Positions 46,601 through 57,893 of a DNA stretch of 64,000 bases are shown in pieces. The notes beneath the pieces are model-generated. The model was given only the letters and a program-made list of their open reading frames with translations. It was not told the DNA's origin and made no database searches. The stretch covers positions 3,162,001 through 3,226,000 of the forward strand of contig OZ218952.1 of the NCBI GenBank assembly GCA_965112735.1, in the 5' to 3' direction. Each line of letters begins with the position of its first letter. Position 1 is the first letter of the stretch. This stretch comes from Phaeosaccion multiseriatum. Lineage: Eukaryota > Protista > Ochrophyta, other classes. The position numbers and the translations under genes were made by a program.

Positions 46601-48009
46601 CCTGCCCGCGCATGCGAGCCGCAGCCCCTCTGCCGCTTCTTCGAGGCAGACACGTGCGCCTTCTGCCCCGCGGGGTATGCCTGCCCGCAGGTGCGTGGGT
46701 GCGTGCGTGGTTGGGTGCTGGCGTCCTCCTCCTCCTCCTCCTCCTCCTCCTCCTCCTCCTCCTCCTCCTCCTCCTCCTCCTCCTCCTCCTCCTCCTCCTC
46801 CTCCTCCTCCTCCTCCTCCTCCTCCTCCTCCTCCTCCTCCTCCTCCTCCTCCTCCTCCTCCTCCTCCTCCTCCTCCTCCTCCTCCTCCTCCTCCTCCTCC
46901 TCCTCCTCCTCCTCCTCCTCCTCCTCCTCTTCTTCTTCTTCTTCTTCTTCTTCTTCTTCTTCTCCGCACTCTACTCAATCTCTCTCGATTTGTCCTTTTC
47001 CCCACCCACCCCTACCCTACCACACCCCCCTCCCCTCCCCTCCCGTCCGCCTCCTCCCTATCACACCACTCCAGGGCGGTACCCGCACCCGCTGCACCGA
47101 TACTTTGTACTCGATGGGCGGTTACACTGAGTGTCGGAACTGTCCAGACGGTTGGGTGTGCGACAAGGGCCTTGCAGAGCCGTGTGGGTACGGGCCGGGG
47201 ACAGTCAACGCGGTGCGTGGGTGGGTGGGTGGGTGGGTGAGGCTGTTGTTGCTCTCTCCCTCCCCTCCCCTGCCCTCCCCTCTCTCCTCTTCCCTTCTCT
47301 AACCCCTCCCCTCCCTTCCCCTCCCCTCCCCTCCCCATTTACCTCGAACCCTCCGTCACCCTCCACCACCCCCACCACACCTTAAACAATAGGTGGAGAG
47401 CGGCGGTCACCAGAACTGCACCTCCTGCCCTGCCGGTAGCCTCTGCAAGGACGGTATCGCCACCGCGTGCCCCCTCGGGCATGTGTCCCCCGGGGGCGCC
47501 TCTTCCTTCTACTGCGTCCCCTGCGAGCCCGGCTCCTTCGCTAACGTGACGGGTATGGAAACCTGCCTGGGCTGTCCATTGGGCTACACGAGCACTCTGG
47601 CGAGCAGCGGGTGCACGGCTTGCAGGGCGGGCCAGTTCGCGGAGGAGGGACAGGTGTGTGTGTGTGTGTGTGTGTGAGAGGGAGATTTGAAATCGGATGT
47701 GGGAATGGGATGGGGAAGGGGAGGTGAGAGAGACGATGAGATGAAGAGGTAGGCAAGGCCGCCAGCCAAGGCAAGAAAAGGCAAGACTCTCTCTCTCACA
47801 CATACACACACTCCCTCTTTCTCTCTCCCCCCCCCCCTCTCTCTCAGTACCCGTGCTCCAGCTGCCCCCCGGGGAGCTTCTCCCCCGCTGGGTCCTCAAG
47901 CTGCACCGAGTGCCTCTCCGACTCCTTCGCTGACTCGTGGGGAAGCTCCGAGTGCCTGCCCTGCGGGGAGGGGCTCACCGCTGCAGAGGGGGCCACCGAG
48001 TGCTCGTGA
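37676..48009 (+). CDS. Giant secreted multidomain protein: kelch propeller, Cys-rich TNFR/ephrin-receptor-like repeats, EGF-like, Calx-beta, integrin-beta-like VWA/hybrid, further Cys-rich repeats (about 18 exons)
   Basis: Frame-consistent exons include 37676-37802, 38015-38126, 38338-38754, 39151-40201, 40327-40665, 41005-41203, 41506-42628, 42903-43027, 43409-43627, 44046-44926, 45123-45427 and 45565-45811. Motifs: kelch (RYGHTA..LLFGG, RAYHTA..YLFGG, RRDHSM..YVLGG), CxxCPxGxF/Y repeats, CSGQGTC..CECAGSFNGVDC, and Calx-beta (NATAGVDY..VIFEDGQQTA..VIDN). Ends GATECS* at 48009. Confidence 0.88.
43137..43329 (+). repeat. (CCT)n intronic microsatellite
   Basis: About 190 bp of almost perfect CCT. 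Confidence 0.97.
43768..43985 (+). repeat. (CCCT)n intronic microsatellite
   Basis: About 215 bp of almost perfect CCCT. Confidence 0.97.
46723..46964 (+). repeat. (TCC)n followed by (TCT)n intronic microsatellite
   Basis: About 205 bp of TCC followed by a TCT run. Confidence 0.97.
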
Positions 48010-49008
48010 TGTCATGATGTTGGGATCTCGCGACCTTGACAACTCCGACTCCCAGCGCTACCGACTTACTTGTTGTAAGTTGAGCCATCCATTGACTGCC
48101 ATCCCCAAGATGATAAGTCGATCGAGGTCTACCATGGAGTGTCACCCTGAAGGCTCACGGCCGCAGAGGACAGATGACATCACCGATGGAGTGAGTGGTT
48201 GTTCGTGCTCTCGTGATGCGCTCTCGGAGGCCGCTCTCTCTTCTCGCTTATCGGTTGTTGTAAGTCGATCGAGCCATGGTATGATGAGTGCCATCCATCC
48301 TTGGATCCAAAGGATGGCAGTCCATGGCACAGCGTACAGCACAACCACGATGGACAGACAACAATCAGCCCCTCTCCGCACTCTGGTACTTTCGCAGCCG
48401 CAGCGGGCGGGAGGAGTGAGGGGCTGCCATGTGTGAGGCAGTGCTTTCGTCCAAGAAGAGGCCTTGACTCATGCAGTGGCGCAGGGTGTCGACCGACCGA
48501 CAGATCTTCGGCAGTTTCAGTTCTTCGGCAGTTTCAGTTCTTGTTGGCCGCAGTGCAGGACCCTGTTTCGACCCCTGACGTGCTATATCGACCACATTCT
48601 CGATAGCATGCTATCGGCCGATAGTAGAGAGCACGCCGAGGGGGGGGGCGAAAAAATAAGTTGGGCCCTAATATCGATATATCTTTGCGATATCGAAACA
48701 AGGTCGGCCCCTCATACACACCTAAAACTCAAACTGACTGAATCGTGGCACAGCCCATTCCTTCCCCCCTTCATAGCCGAAGCGGTTGCTTTTGATGATG
48801 GTGAGAAGGCCGTTGAGCAACCCTTGATCCTGCGCACAACATCTCCTTCAGTGCTCGTCGTCTTACCCGTGGTCCTGCTCCCTTTCGTTCCCCTCTCTCG
48901 TCCCTTGGCTGCGTTATATTTCTAGTTCCCCGTGTAACAGAGACAAGGAAGGAGTAGACAGTACACGGAGACACAGAGAGGAAGGAGGGATACGAACGGG
49001 CGGGCAGC

Positions 49009-51741
49009 ATGGCTGATGCTCAGGACGCGGCCTCCTCGTCTGGAACGGAGGGATTTGCCGACCAGCAACAACATGCACCAGAACAGTGCGAGGATGGTAG
49101 CTTCGGCAGCTGCGCAAATGACGAAGGGGCTGAGGGCGGTGGCATTCCCGAGGATATGCCAGGCTTCTTCAAGCAGGGGACTGGCGAGGGCAAGGAGTAT
49201 CCCTGGTTGGTGCTTGGCGGATTGTTACTGCTGGCGGCGCTGTTCTTCGTCTATAGAGAGTGGCGGGCCAGAAGAGGTGAGTCGCGGAGTCGCGCTGCTG
49301 GTGCTGCTGCTGCTGCTGGTGGCAGAGCTGCTGTTTTCCTGATGGTGGTGGCGTGGTGCATGAGTGCTCATGAGATGAGAGGCAAAGAGGCAGTGGGCTG
49401 TGTACCACTGCGTGATCGGACTTTGCATTGGGAACCGCTGCTTTTGTGGTGCTGCTGCTACTACTGGTGCAGTTTATTCTTGTGGGAGGGTGCCAATCTA
49501 TTCCCTTTCTCTGACTCACTAGGGAGAGGGGGTAGTAAGACGAAAAAGGAGATGAGCGGAGGGGGGGGGGGGGAAGAGGAGATGTCAGCAGAGATGGGAT
49601 GAGAGCTTGTCGGTGCCACCGTGCAGGAGATAAGAGAGAGAGGAGGGAGGGAGAAGTGGGAAGTGGGCTGACCTGTCTGCTCCTTTTCCCTCGTCCCCTT
49701 CCCCTTGTGCTGGCCACTCTGCTGACCTCTCCTCACCTCCCCCCACCCCCCTCCACCCCTTATCAATCAGACCGATCACCCGACGACGACGTGTTCCGGC
49801 AGATCGGCGAGAAGGAGTACCGCTACAGCGTGCAGGGGGTGGAGGAGTACTACGCATTCAAGGAAAAGTTCACAGGAGACGACCCGTGAGTGCTGAGCTG
49901 TCTTTGTGTATGTGTTAGTGCCTCTCTCCCTCTTTCGCTCCCCCTGTCTCGCTGTCTGTCTCTTTCTCTCCCTGGTTTGTCTCTTGTCTGTCTCTATTTC
50001 TCTCTCCCCCACTCCTGTTTCTGCTTGCTGGTTCGTCTGACATTCAGGACTGCTGTGCTGTATGTGTGCCACGTTGTCCTGGGTTGTTGCAGGAGACCCC
50101 TTCAGCAGGAACTGTTCAAGAGAGTCGTCGCTAACGTCCCGCTCCTCCAGGTGAGTGAGGGAAGTGACACTTCCTTCCCCCGAGTCAGAGGGAGGGTGGG
50201 TGGGGAAGAGTCGCCAAGAGTGTGAGAGTGAGAGAGTGGGGGTGTGTGCATGGGTGCGTGGGTGGGTGAGAGGTGCCCAGAGTGAACAGTCGTGGATCCG
50301 TCTTTTCTCTCCTCAAGAAGAAGCTGCTACATGTATCACCAACTGCTGCTGCTGGTGGGCGCGGGCGGGGCCTTCGTTCATGACTACGCTCTACCACTCG
50401 AATTGGTTGAAATTACACGCAGTCAGTCGGTGTAACACCCACCCATTCAGTGCCATCCATGTCGGCCACTGGCCACGGCCCCTCTTGTCGTCCGACGGAC
50501 CCTCTCTCTTAACATGCCCCCCCATCCGCTCGCCTCGCACATCCACTGCCATCCCATCCTTTCCCCACCCCACTCCCTGTATATGCAGCACCTGCAAAAG
50601 ATGGCGCAATCAACCCATGCGCTGTACTCGAAGGGGATGATTCAGGTGCGTGGGTGTGTGGGTGTGGCACTCACTCACTGGAAAACGCACTTTACCACCA
50701 TGCACACACGCACACCACACACGACACACACACAACATACACACTACACACACACCACACACACACAACACAAGCCGCATTTGCGCAGCTGTGAACCGTC
50801 CCTGTGATTTCTCCCTCCCGACCGCTTGCTCTGGTTCACCCCCTCCATCCACTGCCATTCCCCCCCCAGGAGGCAGCGTGGGCGAACTTCAAGCAGTCTG
50901 AGGAGGACATGAAGGCGGAGATTGCCGACGTGAGGGAAGAGGCCAACGACATTGCGCCGGGCTTCGGAGACGCCATTTGGCCGCAGGTACTTGCTGGGGA
51001 CTCCCACCCACCCACTGCCCTGTGTGCCTTATGCCCATACGCCCTTTATACAATACCCAATACCCCATACGCTGACCAACCTATGCCCTTTATACAATAC
51101 CCTTCACTGGTACGCACTGGCCTGCTGACACGTGGTATCTCCCGTCCTGACACGGGTACTGCCCCTCGTGACACCCTGTACTCCAGGCGGTGAAGTGGCA
51201 CGAGCAGATGATGGCGCAGCGCCAGAGACAGATGATGGAGATGCATCAAAAGCAAATGATCGCACAGAAGGAGGCACAAGAGAGGGAGGCCGCCAAAATC
51301 GCGGTGCGTGTGTATGCGTGTGTGTGTGTTTGGTGCCAAGGAAAGGGGTGTCGCATTAGAGTATCCCATCCTTCCCCGTCGCTCCTTTCCCAACCCCCCC
51401 TCTCTGTATGTGTGACTCTCTCTCTTCTCTCTTTCTCTCTCTCTCTCTCTTTCTCCCTTTCTCTACCCCCCCTCCCCCGTGTGTTTTTGTTTCTGCCTAT
51501 ATGCCTGTCTCATCAGCTCCAAAAGAAGAAGCGGGCAGACAAGCAGCGGGAAAAGCGACGAAATAGCGGGTCTAACAACGGAGTGTCCATGGCCCAGGCT
51601 GCTGCCCAGGCTGTAGAGAAGGAGCTCACCCCCGAGGAGAAGGCCGAGCAAGCGGCGGCTCAGCTGCTGCTGCTCGAGCAGGAGGAGGCAGCGAAGAAGG
51701 AAGAGGCGAAGCACACCGGGGGAAAGAAGAAGAAGAAGTGA
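49009..51741 (+). CDS. SEC66: Sec66/Sec71-like ER translocon accessory subunit. Exons 49009-49276, 49771-49885, 50093-50150, 50589-50645, 50870-50986, 51187-51303, 51517-51741
   Basis: A single TM (PWLVLGGLLLLAALFFVY) followed by LQQELFKRVVANVPLLQHLQK...LYSKGMIQEAAWANFKQSEEDMKAEIADVREEANDIAPGFGDAIWPQA, matching the Sec66 family pattern. C-terminal coiled coil. Confidence 0.8.
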
Positions 51742-52543
51742 AGGGTGTGCATGCAGATGCAGTTTCCCCCTCTCTTTTCTGCCATGCCCAGGGTGCTGTT
51801 GTCTTTTTCCTCGGCTTCTCGGCCGCCTATACAATATGGATTCCAATATGGGGCAGTGAAGAATGATACGTGTTTTGCTTTTCGATTACTTTGCTTCCTT
51901 TTCCGTTGCGTTGCGTTGTCGGATGGTCATGCCCTTTGGTTGGGTACATGATTGGGTGTGTGGGTTTTTTGGGGGGGGGGGGGGGGTGAAGTTGCTCGCA
52001 CGCGTTCCCTTCTTCTCTCAGATTGCCAGGTACCTACTTACCGTTACTTGCCGTGTCCGTGTGCAATGACGTGTAGCACTGCTTAGGAATGGCCTGCCTG
52101 TCTGTGTCCCGTCTGTTTAGATGGAGGAGCAGTGCCGAAGGAAGCTGAGCGAGAGCGATGGATGGGGCTTTTGGTGGTCCGGTTTGTGCATGGGGAGAGG
52201 GCAGAGGGGAACACCTTTCCTTCTATCCTGATATAATAGGGCGGAGATAAAAGGGGAGGGAGAAAACAAGGCCCGTATAATTAATTTTTTAATAAATACA
52301 ATACTTACCAATACTTTACACAAGGCAGCAGCGGCGGTACCTTTCCTCCTGAGTCGCCATCACACAAGCAACTAGGCCGTCAATAGACCAGTCCAGTTAG
52401 CCACTTCCTGGGCTGGCCCTTTCCCTCCCCCCCGTCCGTCCCTCTTCCTCCTTCCTCCCTCTCTTGTCTCTGCCTACACAAACACGGCCGCAGTGCCCGT
52501 CGGACTGTCACCTCAGCTGCGAAGGGTCTGATTCGGCCCCGGG

Positions 52544-55500
52544 TTAGGTCTGGCCGTATGTGTATCCGTTGCTGCTGCTGCTGCTCCCCTGCCCCTGCTC
52601 CTCCCCCCCGCCCTCCTCCTCCTCCCCCACGAGATCGTCCTCTAGAGCCCCTAAGAGACCGACGTATCTGAGAGGCACATGGGCAGAGCGGGGCAGAGCA
52701 GAGGTGTATGGGCACAGAGTAAAGCAGAGATCAGCGACTGGACGACGCACGGAGCGAAAGATCAATCAAAAGACAAAACGTATGTTTCTCTCCTGTCTAC
52801 CACAGCAGCAGGGCAGCAGACGTGCTGCAGTGCCACCAACGTACCCCTCTGCCCCTACCCATTCACTCGACTGCCATCTTCCCTCCTCACCTCCGGAGGT
52901 GCCGTACGCGGCAGTGCTGGTAATAGCTCGCAAGCCCCAGCGCCAGCACCGCCCACAGCGACCACAGCGCCAGCAGCAGCACCGTCATCCGCAGGCCCCA
53001 CCTCTCCTTCACGCACTCTTCCTCCGCCTCCGGTGACGTGCCCTCCTCCGAGCAGGCCGGCGCCAACCAGTCCTTGAATAAGCCAACCAGGAAGGGTGCG
53101 GGCAAGTCACCAAGTGCATGCATCCCCACCATGTTCACGGCAAGGGCGAAGGAGCGGCTTGACGAGGGGACGGACGCCATGAGCGCCAGGTAGAGAGGCG
53201 GGGTGGAGGCGAAGCTAAACACCTCGGCGAAGAACAGCCCAAAAAAGGCAACGGGGGGGCGCCGCGTGTATACGACCGCGGTGAGGGCCGCAAGAAAGCC
53301 GCAGAGGAGGAGGAGGGCCGCCTGGGCAGTCACCACGCGCAGCTGGGAGGCGCAATTCATCTGCTGGCTGTACTGCGCGCTCACCCCCCGCACGGAGCTC
53401 TGTCGGTACCGGGACGGGGAGTAAGCCGGCTGGTGTTGCAGGAAAGCGTACACGCCGTCCTCGTCCTGGTCCTGAAGCACATCTCCTCCTCCTCCTCCTC
53501 CTTCCCCCTCCCCGCCGCTGATGCTGCCCACTCGCTTCCTCACCCTCCCCCTCCCCCTCCCCCTCCCCCCCCCACCGCCTTCGCTGGGAGTCGGCCTATG
53601 CCTGGCCGAGGTGGGGGCTCTCCTTATCTGCGGGGGTAACACATCAGACGTGTTGATGCTGTCGTCCCTCCAGCGCCTCTCGTCGTAGTAGCTCCCCTCA
53701 GTCCCCCCGCCCCCCTCTCCCTCCCCCCCCCCGCCCGTCAGCAACACTACGTCCGGATCCGCCTCAGCGGTACCCACTCCTGACACGCCAATGCAGTCCA
53801 TCAGGCTGCCCCCCAGCGGGCTCCCAACGAGCCCGGCCATGACCCCGATGGTCCCAAATGCCGCCGCCGCCCCCTTCTCGGTGTGCAGCAGGCCGAGTCC
53901 CCTGATCAAGCTCGGGCCGAACGTCGTGAAGCCAACCGTCATGGCGCTCACAGCGGCGCTGGCGAGCATGGCCAGCACAAAAGTCGGGGAGAAGAGCACT
54001 ACGGACAGCTCCTCGCGCCACGAAGGGCAGTACGCGCCCTCGTCCTCGTCCTCCCCTTCGTCGTCGTCGCTCTCCTCTCGTCCTCCTGCTGCTGTCACTG
54101 CATCTGCCTGGGCCGTTGCCAGGTCACCTTCTCCCGGCACTGCTGCCGGCGCCACTGCAGCACCGAAGCCGTCCTCGGTCACCCACGCCGTCCCTGCCCT
54201 TCCCTGGTCGGACTGCGGCTGCCGAGTACTACTGAGTAGCGGCTGTCCTAGCGCCTGCACGCCGTTGTCGTCGCTCAGCACATCCCCGTTACCCTCCTCC
54301 TCTTGCTGGTGGTGGGTGCGTTGGTGCTCCTCGTGCCGTCCAGTGGTCGCCATTTGAAACCACTGCGCACCCCACCAAGGCTGCGGCTTAGCGGTAGAGC
54401 ACAACAGCACGAGAGGAAGCATGACCATCGCCTGTGGAAAGGGCGCGGCCAAGGGGCAAGACCGAGGGGCAAGGGCAAGAAGAGCGAGGGAAAGGGAAGA
54501 GGAGTAGAGCAGCGAATGAAAAAATTATGAATGAACGAATTGCGAGACGGACCAGTTGGACCTTCCTCCGTGCCGACCCCACTCAATTGGATGCACATAA
54601 ATCTACTCCTACAAACCGCTCTCAGCTAACTAACCTCGTACACTTCCCTACCTGTCTATGAGCCTACATAAGCCCCCTCTAATCCGACTGACTCTTGGAC
54701 TAACCTGTCCATAGAAGGCCCACTGCCAGCCCAGAGGGCCCGCCGCTGTCTGCGCTCCGAACACGAAGCCCAGCGCCGTTCCGATGGGCACGAGCATAAA
54801 GTAGGCTGCCATCCACTTGCCTAAAGGATGGCAGTGGATGGGTCAAGGAGGGGCAGAGCTTGAGATACACACACCTGCCCAGCCAAAGTGCGCTACAAGC
54901 AGGAGATCTTTCTGCTGATGGTCATCGCTAGTCACTAGCTGCGTGAAGGCGTTGGTGTGTCGCTTGTCTTGTCCACCCCTGCCTCTGCCTGCATCTCTCT
55001 TGCCTTTCCACCTCCCCCACTTGACCAGTTGATCTCTTGACCCACCTCTCTCCTTGTGGGGCGCAGTATCCAGGATGAAAGGAGGCATGGCGCAGTTAAA
55101 AGACGCCTCGCCGACGCCTGTAGCCACACCCAGGAGGGGCACACGAGGAACAGGAAGAGAGAAGAGAGAGAGTGGAGGGGAGGGAGGGAGGGAGGGAGGA
55201 AGAGAGAGAAAGAGGAGAACGAGCGAGTGAGTGAGGAGAGAGCGAAGGGGCATCAAGAGAGAGGGGAAAGAGAGAGAGAGGGAGGTCGAGGTCAACATAG
55301 TACCGACAGGGGAGAAGCCTTGTTTGCCAATGGGGGAGAAGGTTATGTACATGGTCCCCTTCCCTTCCCTACGGTCCATCTGTTGCCTTCTCTGCTCTTT
55401 TTCACTCATCCGCTCCCTCCCTCACCCCCTCAACCATCACTGACTCTGTCTTTCCAAAAGAACTCACTCAAACACACCCACATACACACATACACGCACA

Positions 55501-56355
55501 CACACCACACCCGCCCACTGACACACTCACCCGACAGAGTCCTGGCCGCGAGCAGGAACCAGTAGCTCTCCGTAGCTCTAGACGCACCCGCAAACACAGA
55601 GGCCACGCACCACACACCCACCCCCACTGTGATGAGGCTGCGCGGGGCGGGAGGGCAGTCGGGGCCGGGGCAAGGGTAGGGGCGGCGGGTAAGTGGGGGT
55701 GCTTGGGGGCGTGGCAGACCCCACCCAGAACCATGGCTGCAAAGACGCCTCTAATACATCGAATAGCCCTCTCTCCCTCTGGCTTTCCCTGTCCTCTCTC
55801 TCTCTCCCTCTCTCTCCCTCCCTCTGCCTGACCTGAAGGGGTTGTGGCGATGCACAAGGTGTCCAAAGACGAGTGAGGCGGTGCAGAGGCCCAGGATGTA
55901 GGCGCTCTGCAGCAGCCCGAAAAGCGCGGAGGGGTGCGCAGTGTGAACGGAGTGGCGGATGAAACTATTGAACTCCTCGGAGGCCCCCTGCAGGCAGAGC
56001 AGGGCAGAGTAGAGAGGAGAGCAGAGCAAAGAGATGGAGTGAAGGCAGGCAAGGAATAGAGGCCCCGAGCAGAGCAGCGTGAGGGCCAGGCGCGGGAGGG
56101 CAGGGAAGGCAGGACAAGACTCGGAAGTCTTGCTTGGGCTCTTCGCTGCCTCTGAACTCTCTGCCATTGCGAGCAGCAGCACGGTACCAGCACTAGCAGC
56201 CCAGCAGCACCACCTACCGGAATGATGCCTCTATCAGCGAACGTGAGCAGCGAGACGAGGCCGATGACCGCGTACACGTGCTTCTGCTTGGACATACAGG
56301 TCTGCATGCGTGAATACACGCGACTGCTGGGCTTGTACACGTACGGAGGCCCCAT
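52544..56355 (-). CDS. Spinster-family MFS transporter (multi-exon; true start uncertain)
   Basis: Spliced motifs LLTFADRGIIPGA, FGLLQSAYILG, LLAARTLSGVGEASF, GKWMAAYFMLVPIGTALGF, GWQWAF and MHALGDLPAPFLVGLFKD. A last intron after 52891 adds the acidic tail YVGLLGALEDDL...YGQT* ending at 52544. Confidence 0.85.
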
Positions 56356-56911
56356 CGTGGCCCAATCCCCCCCTAATAGGTAAGGCCGGATGTCGGAGGC
56401 GTGGGAAACACGAGCGCTGGTCTGCCTGCGTGCTGCCAAGCCGGGTGCAGTGGGCTCCTCCACTTCTCGGTAGAGCGAATGGTGGGCGGTTAGCGTTGAG
56501 GGAGGCGGGGGAAACACGAGCGCTGATGCTGCCTGGGTGCTGCCAAGCCGGGTGCAGGAGGCTGTCGTCTCATTCAGGTATTTAGGTAGCGCTCTTCTTC
56601 AAAGGGCGAGACTTGCTTACAGCCTATCCGTATGGTGGAGAAGATGCTGCGTGCCTCTTCCTCTATGCACCCTGCAGGTGGCAGCACCAGAAGAAGGAGA
56701 GGAGAAGGGAGAGAGGGAGGCGCCCAAATCAAGTTGAGGAAGGATAAGGAGAAAGATGAGTAACGTACCTTGAGCAGGCGTTCATGTACGACAAGGACGC
56801 TTAACAGGGCGCCATGCTGCCTCTAAACGGATACTAGACTATACACCTCCTTTGTAGAAGGAGGAAAAGGGAGAAGGAGGAGAAGGGAGGAAGAGAGAGG
56901 GGAATAAGCTA

Positions 56912-56997
56912 AATATCGATGTCGATATCTCATATCGATCTCTATATTGATCTTAATATCGATATCGATATCTCATATCGATCTCTATATTGATCTT
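56912..56997. repeat. Two tandem 43-bp AT-rich units rich in ATCGAT/GATATC palindromes
   Basis: AATATCGAT(G/A)TCGATATCTCATATCGATCTCTATATTGATCTT twice, with one mismatch. Confidence 0.9.
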
Positions 56998-57893
56998 CAT
57001 CCTCGCCCCTCCCTTCTCCTTCCTCCAATAATAGAGAGGGTAAAGTGCTTGTAGAGGAGGTCGAGGCTCTTGTCTTCGCCTACCAGCAGCAGTATAGCAA
57101 GGTAAGATTCGCTCGGGCTGGGAGGCGTGGCTCGGTGTTTTTTCGTCTCCAAGAAGGATTTCAAAAAGGGAAGATGTGGCTTCTTTGTGAGTGCTCCTGA
57201 GCTCTGTTGCTTCTTGAAGACGCGGCGCTGCCAGCTTACACCCCTCGTCTCCCCCCCCACCCCCCCCTCCTCTCTCTCGATCCCCCCTCCCGTCGCCCAT
57301 GTTCTCGCCCACCGAAGCTCTCCACCCCCCTCTAAGCTCTAGTCCTTTGCCGTGCGCCGTTTTGCTTACCATCTAACTTGGTGTCCGATATGCCCTCTCC
57401 CCTTCTCTTTTGGCGTATCGCTTTCAGCTGCTGGCAGGTGCGGTTTCATCATCAGACCCTCAGCATCGCGTAGGGGAGGCAAGGAGAACAAGAAGGAGGA
57501 GGTAGAGGAGGAGGAGGAAGAGGAGGGGGAGGAGGAGGAGGAGGAGGAGGAGGAGGAGGAGGAGGAGGAGGAGGAGAACGTCGACGGCACCAGGCGGGTG
57601 CAGCGGCGTACCTTCCAGCCGCACCTCGGCTTGCCTCCCCATGCGGCTCACCCCTTGAGTCGTGTGACTTCGTCAGTGTCGAGCCGTACAGCAGAGGTGC
57701 ACGCCCTTCAGGAGCACCAGTAACCACACCACGAAGGAAGGGGAAGGGGGGGTTTGAGCAGGCTTTTTCGCCCATCTCCTGCGAGCTGCTGCTGCCGCTG
57801 CTACTGCTGATCAAGCTCAGCTGATTTACTTTGTACAGCTCCAGCTCCTGTGGAGGCGGTAGTAAAAGTAGCAGCAGTAGTAGCAGTGGCAGT

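Noticed and set aside
42892-47302. Poly-Pro, poly-Arg, poly-Glu, poly-Leu, PPSL and GGRE repeat ORFs
   Set aside because: These are translations of intronic (CCT)n and (CCCT)n microsatellites.
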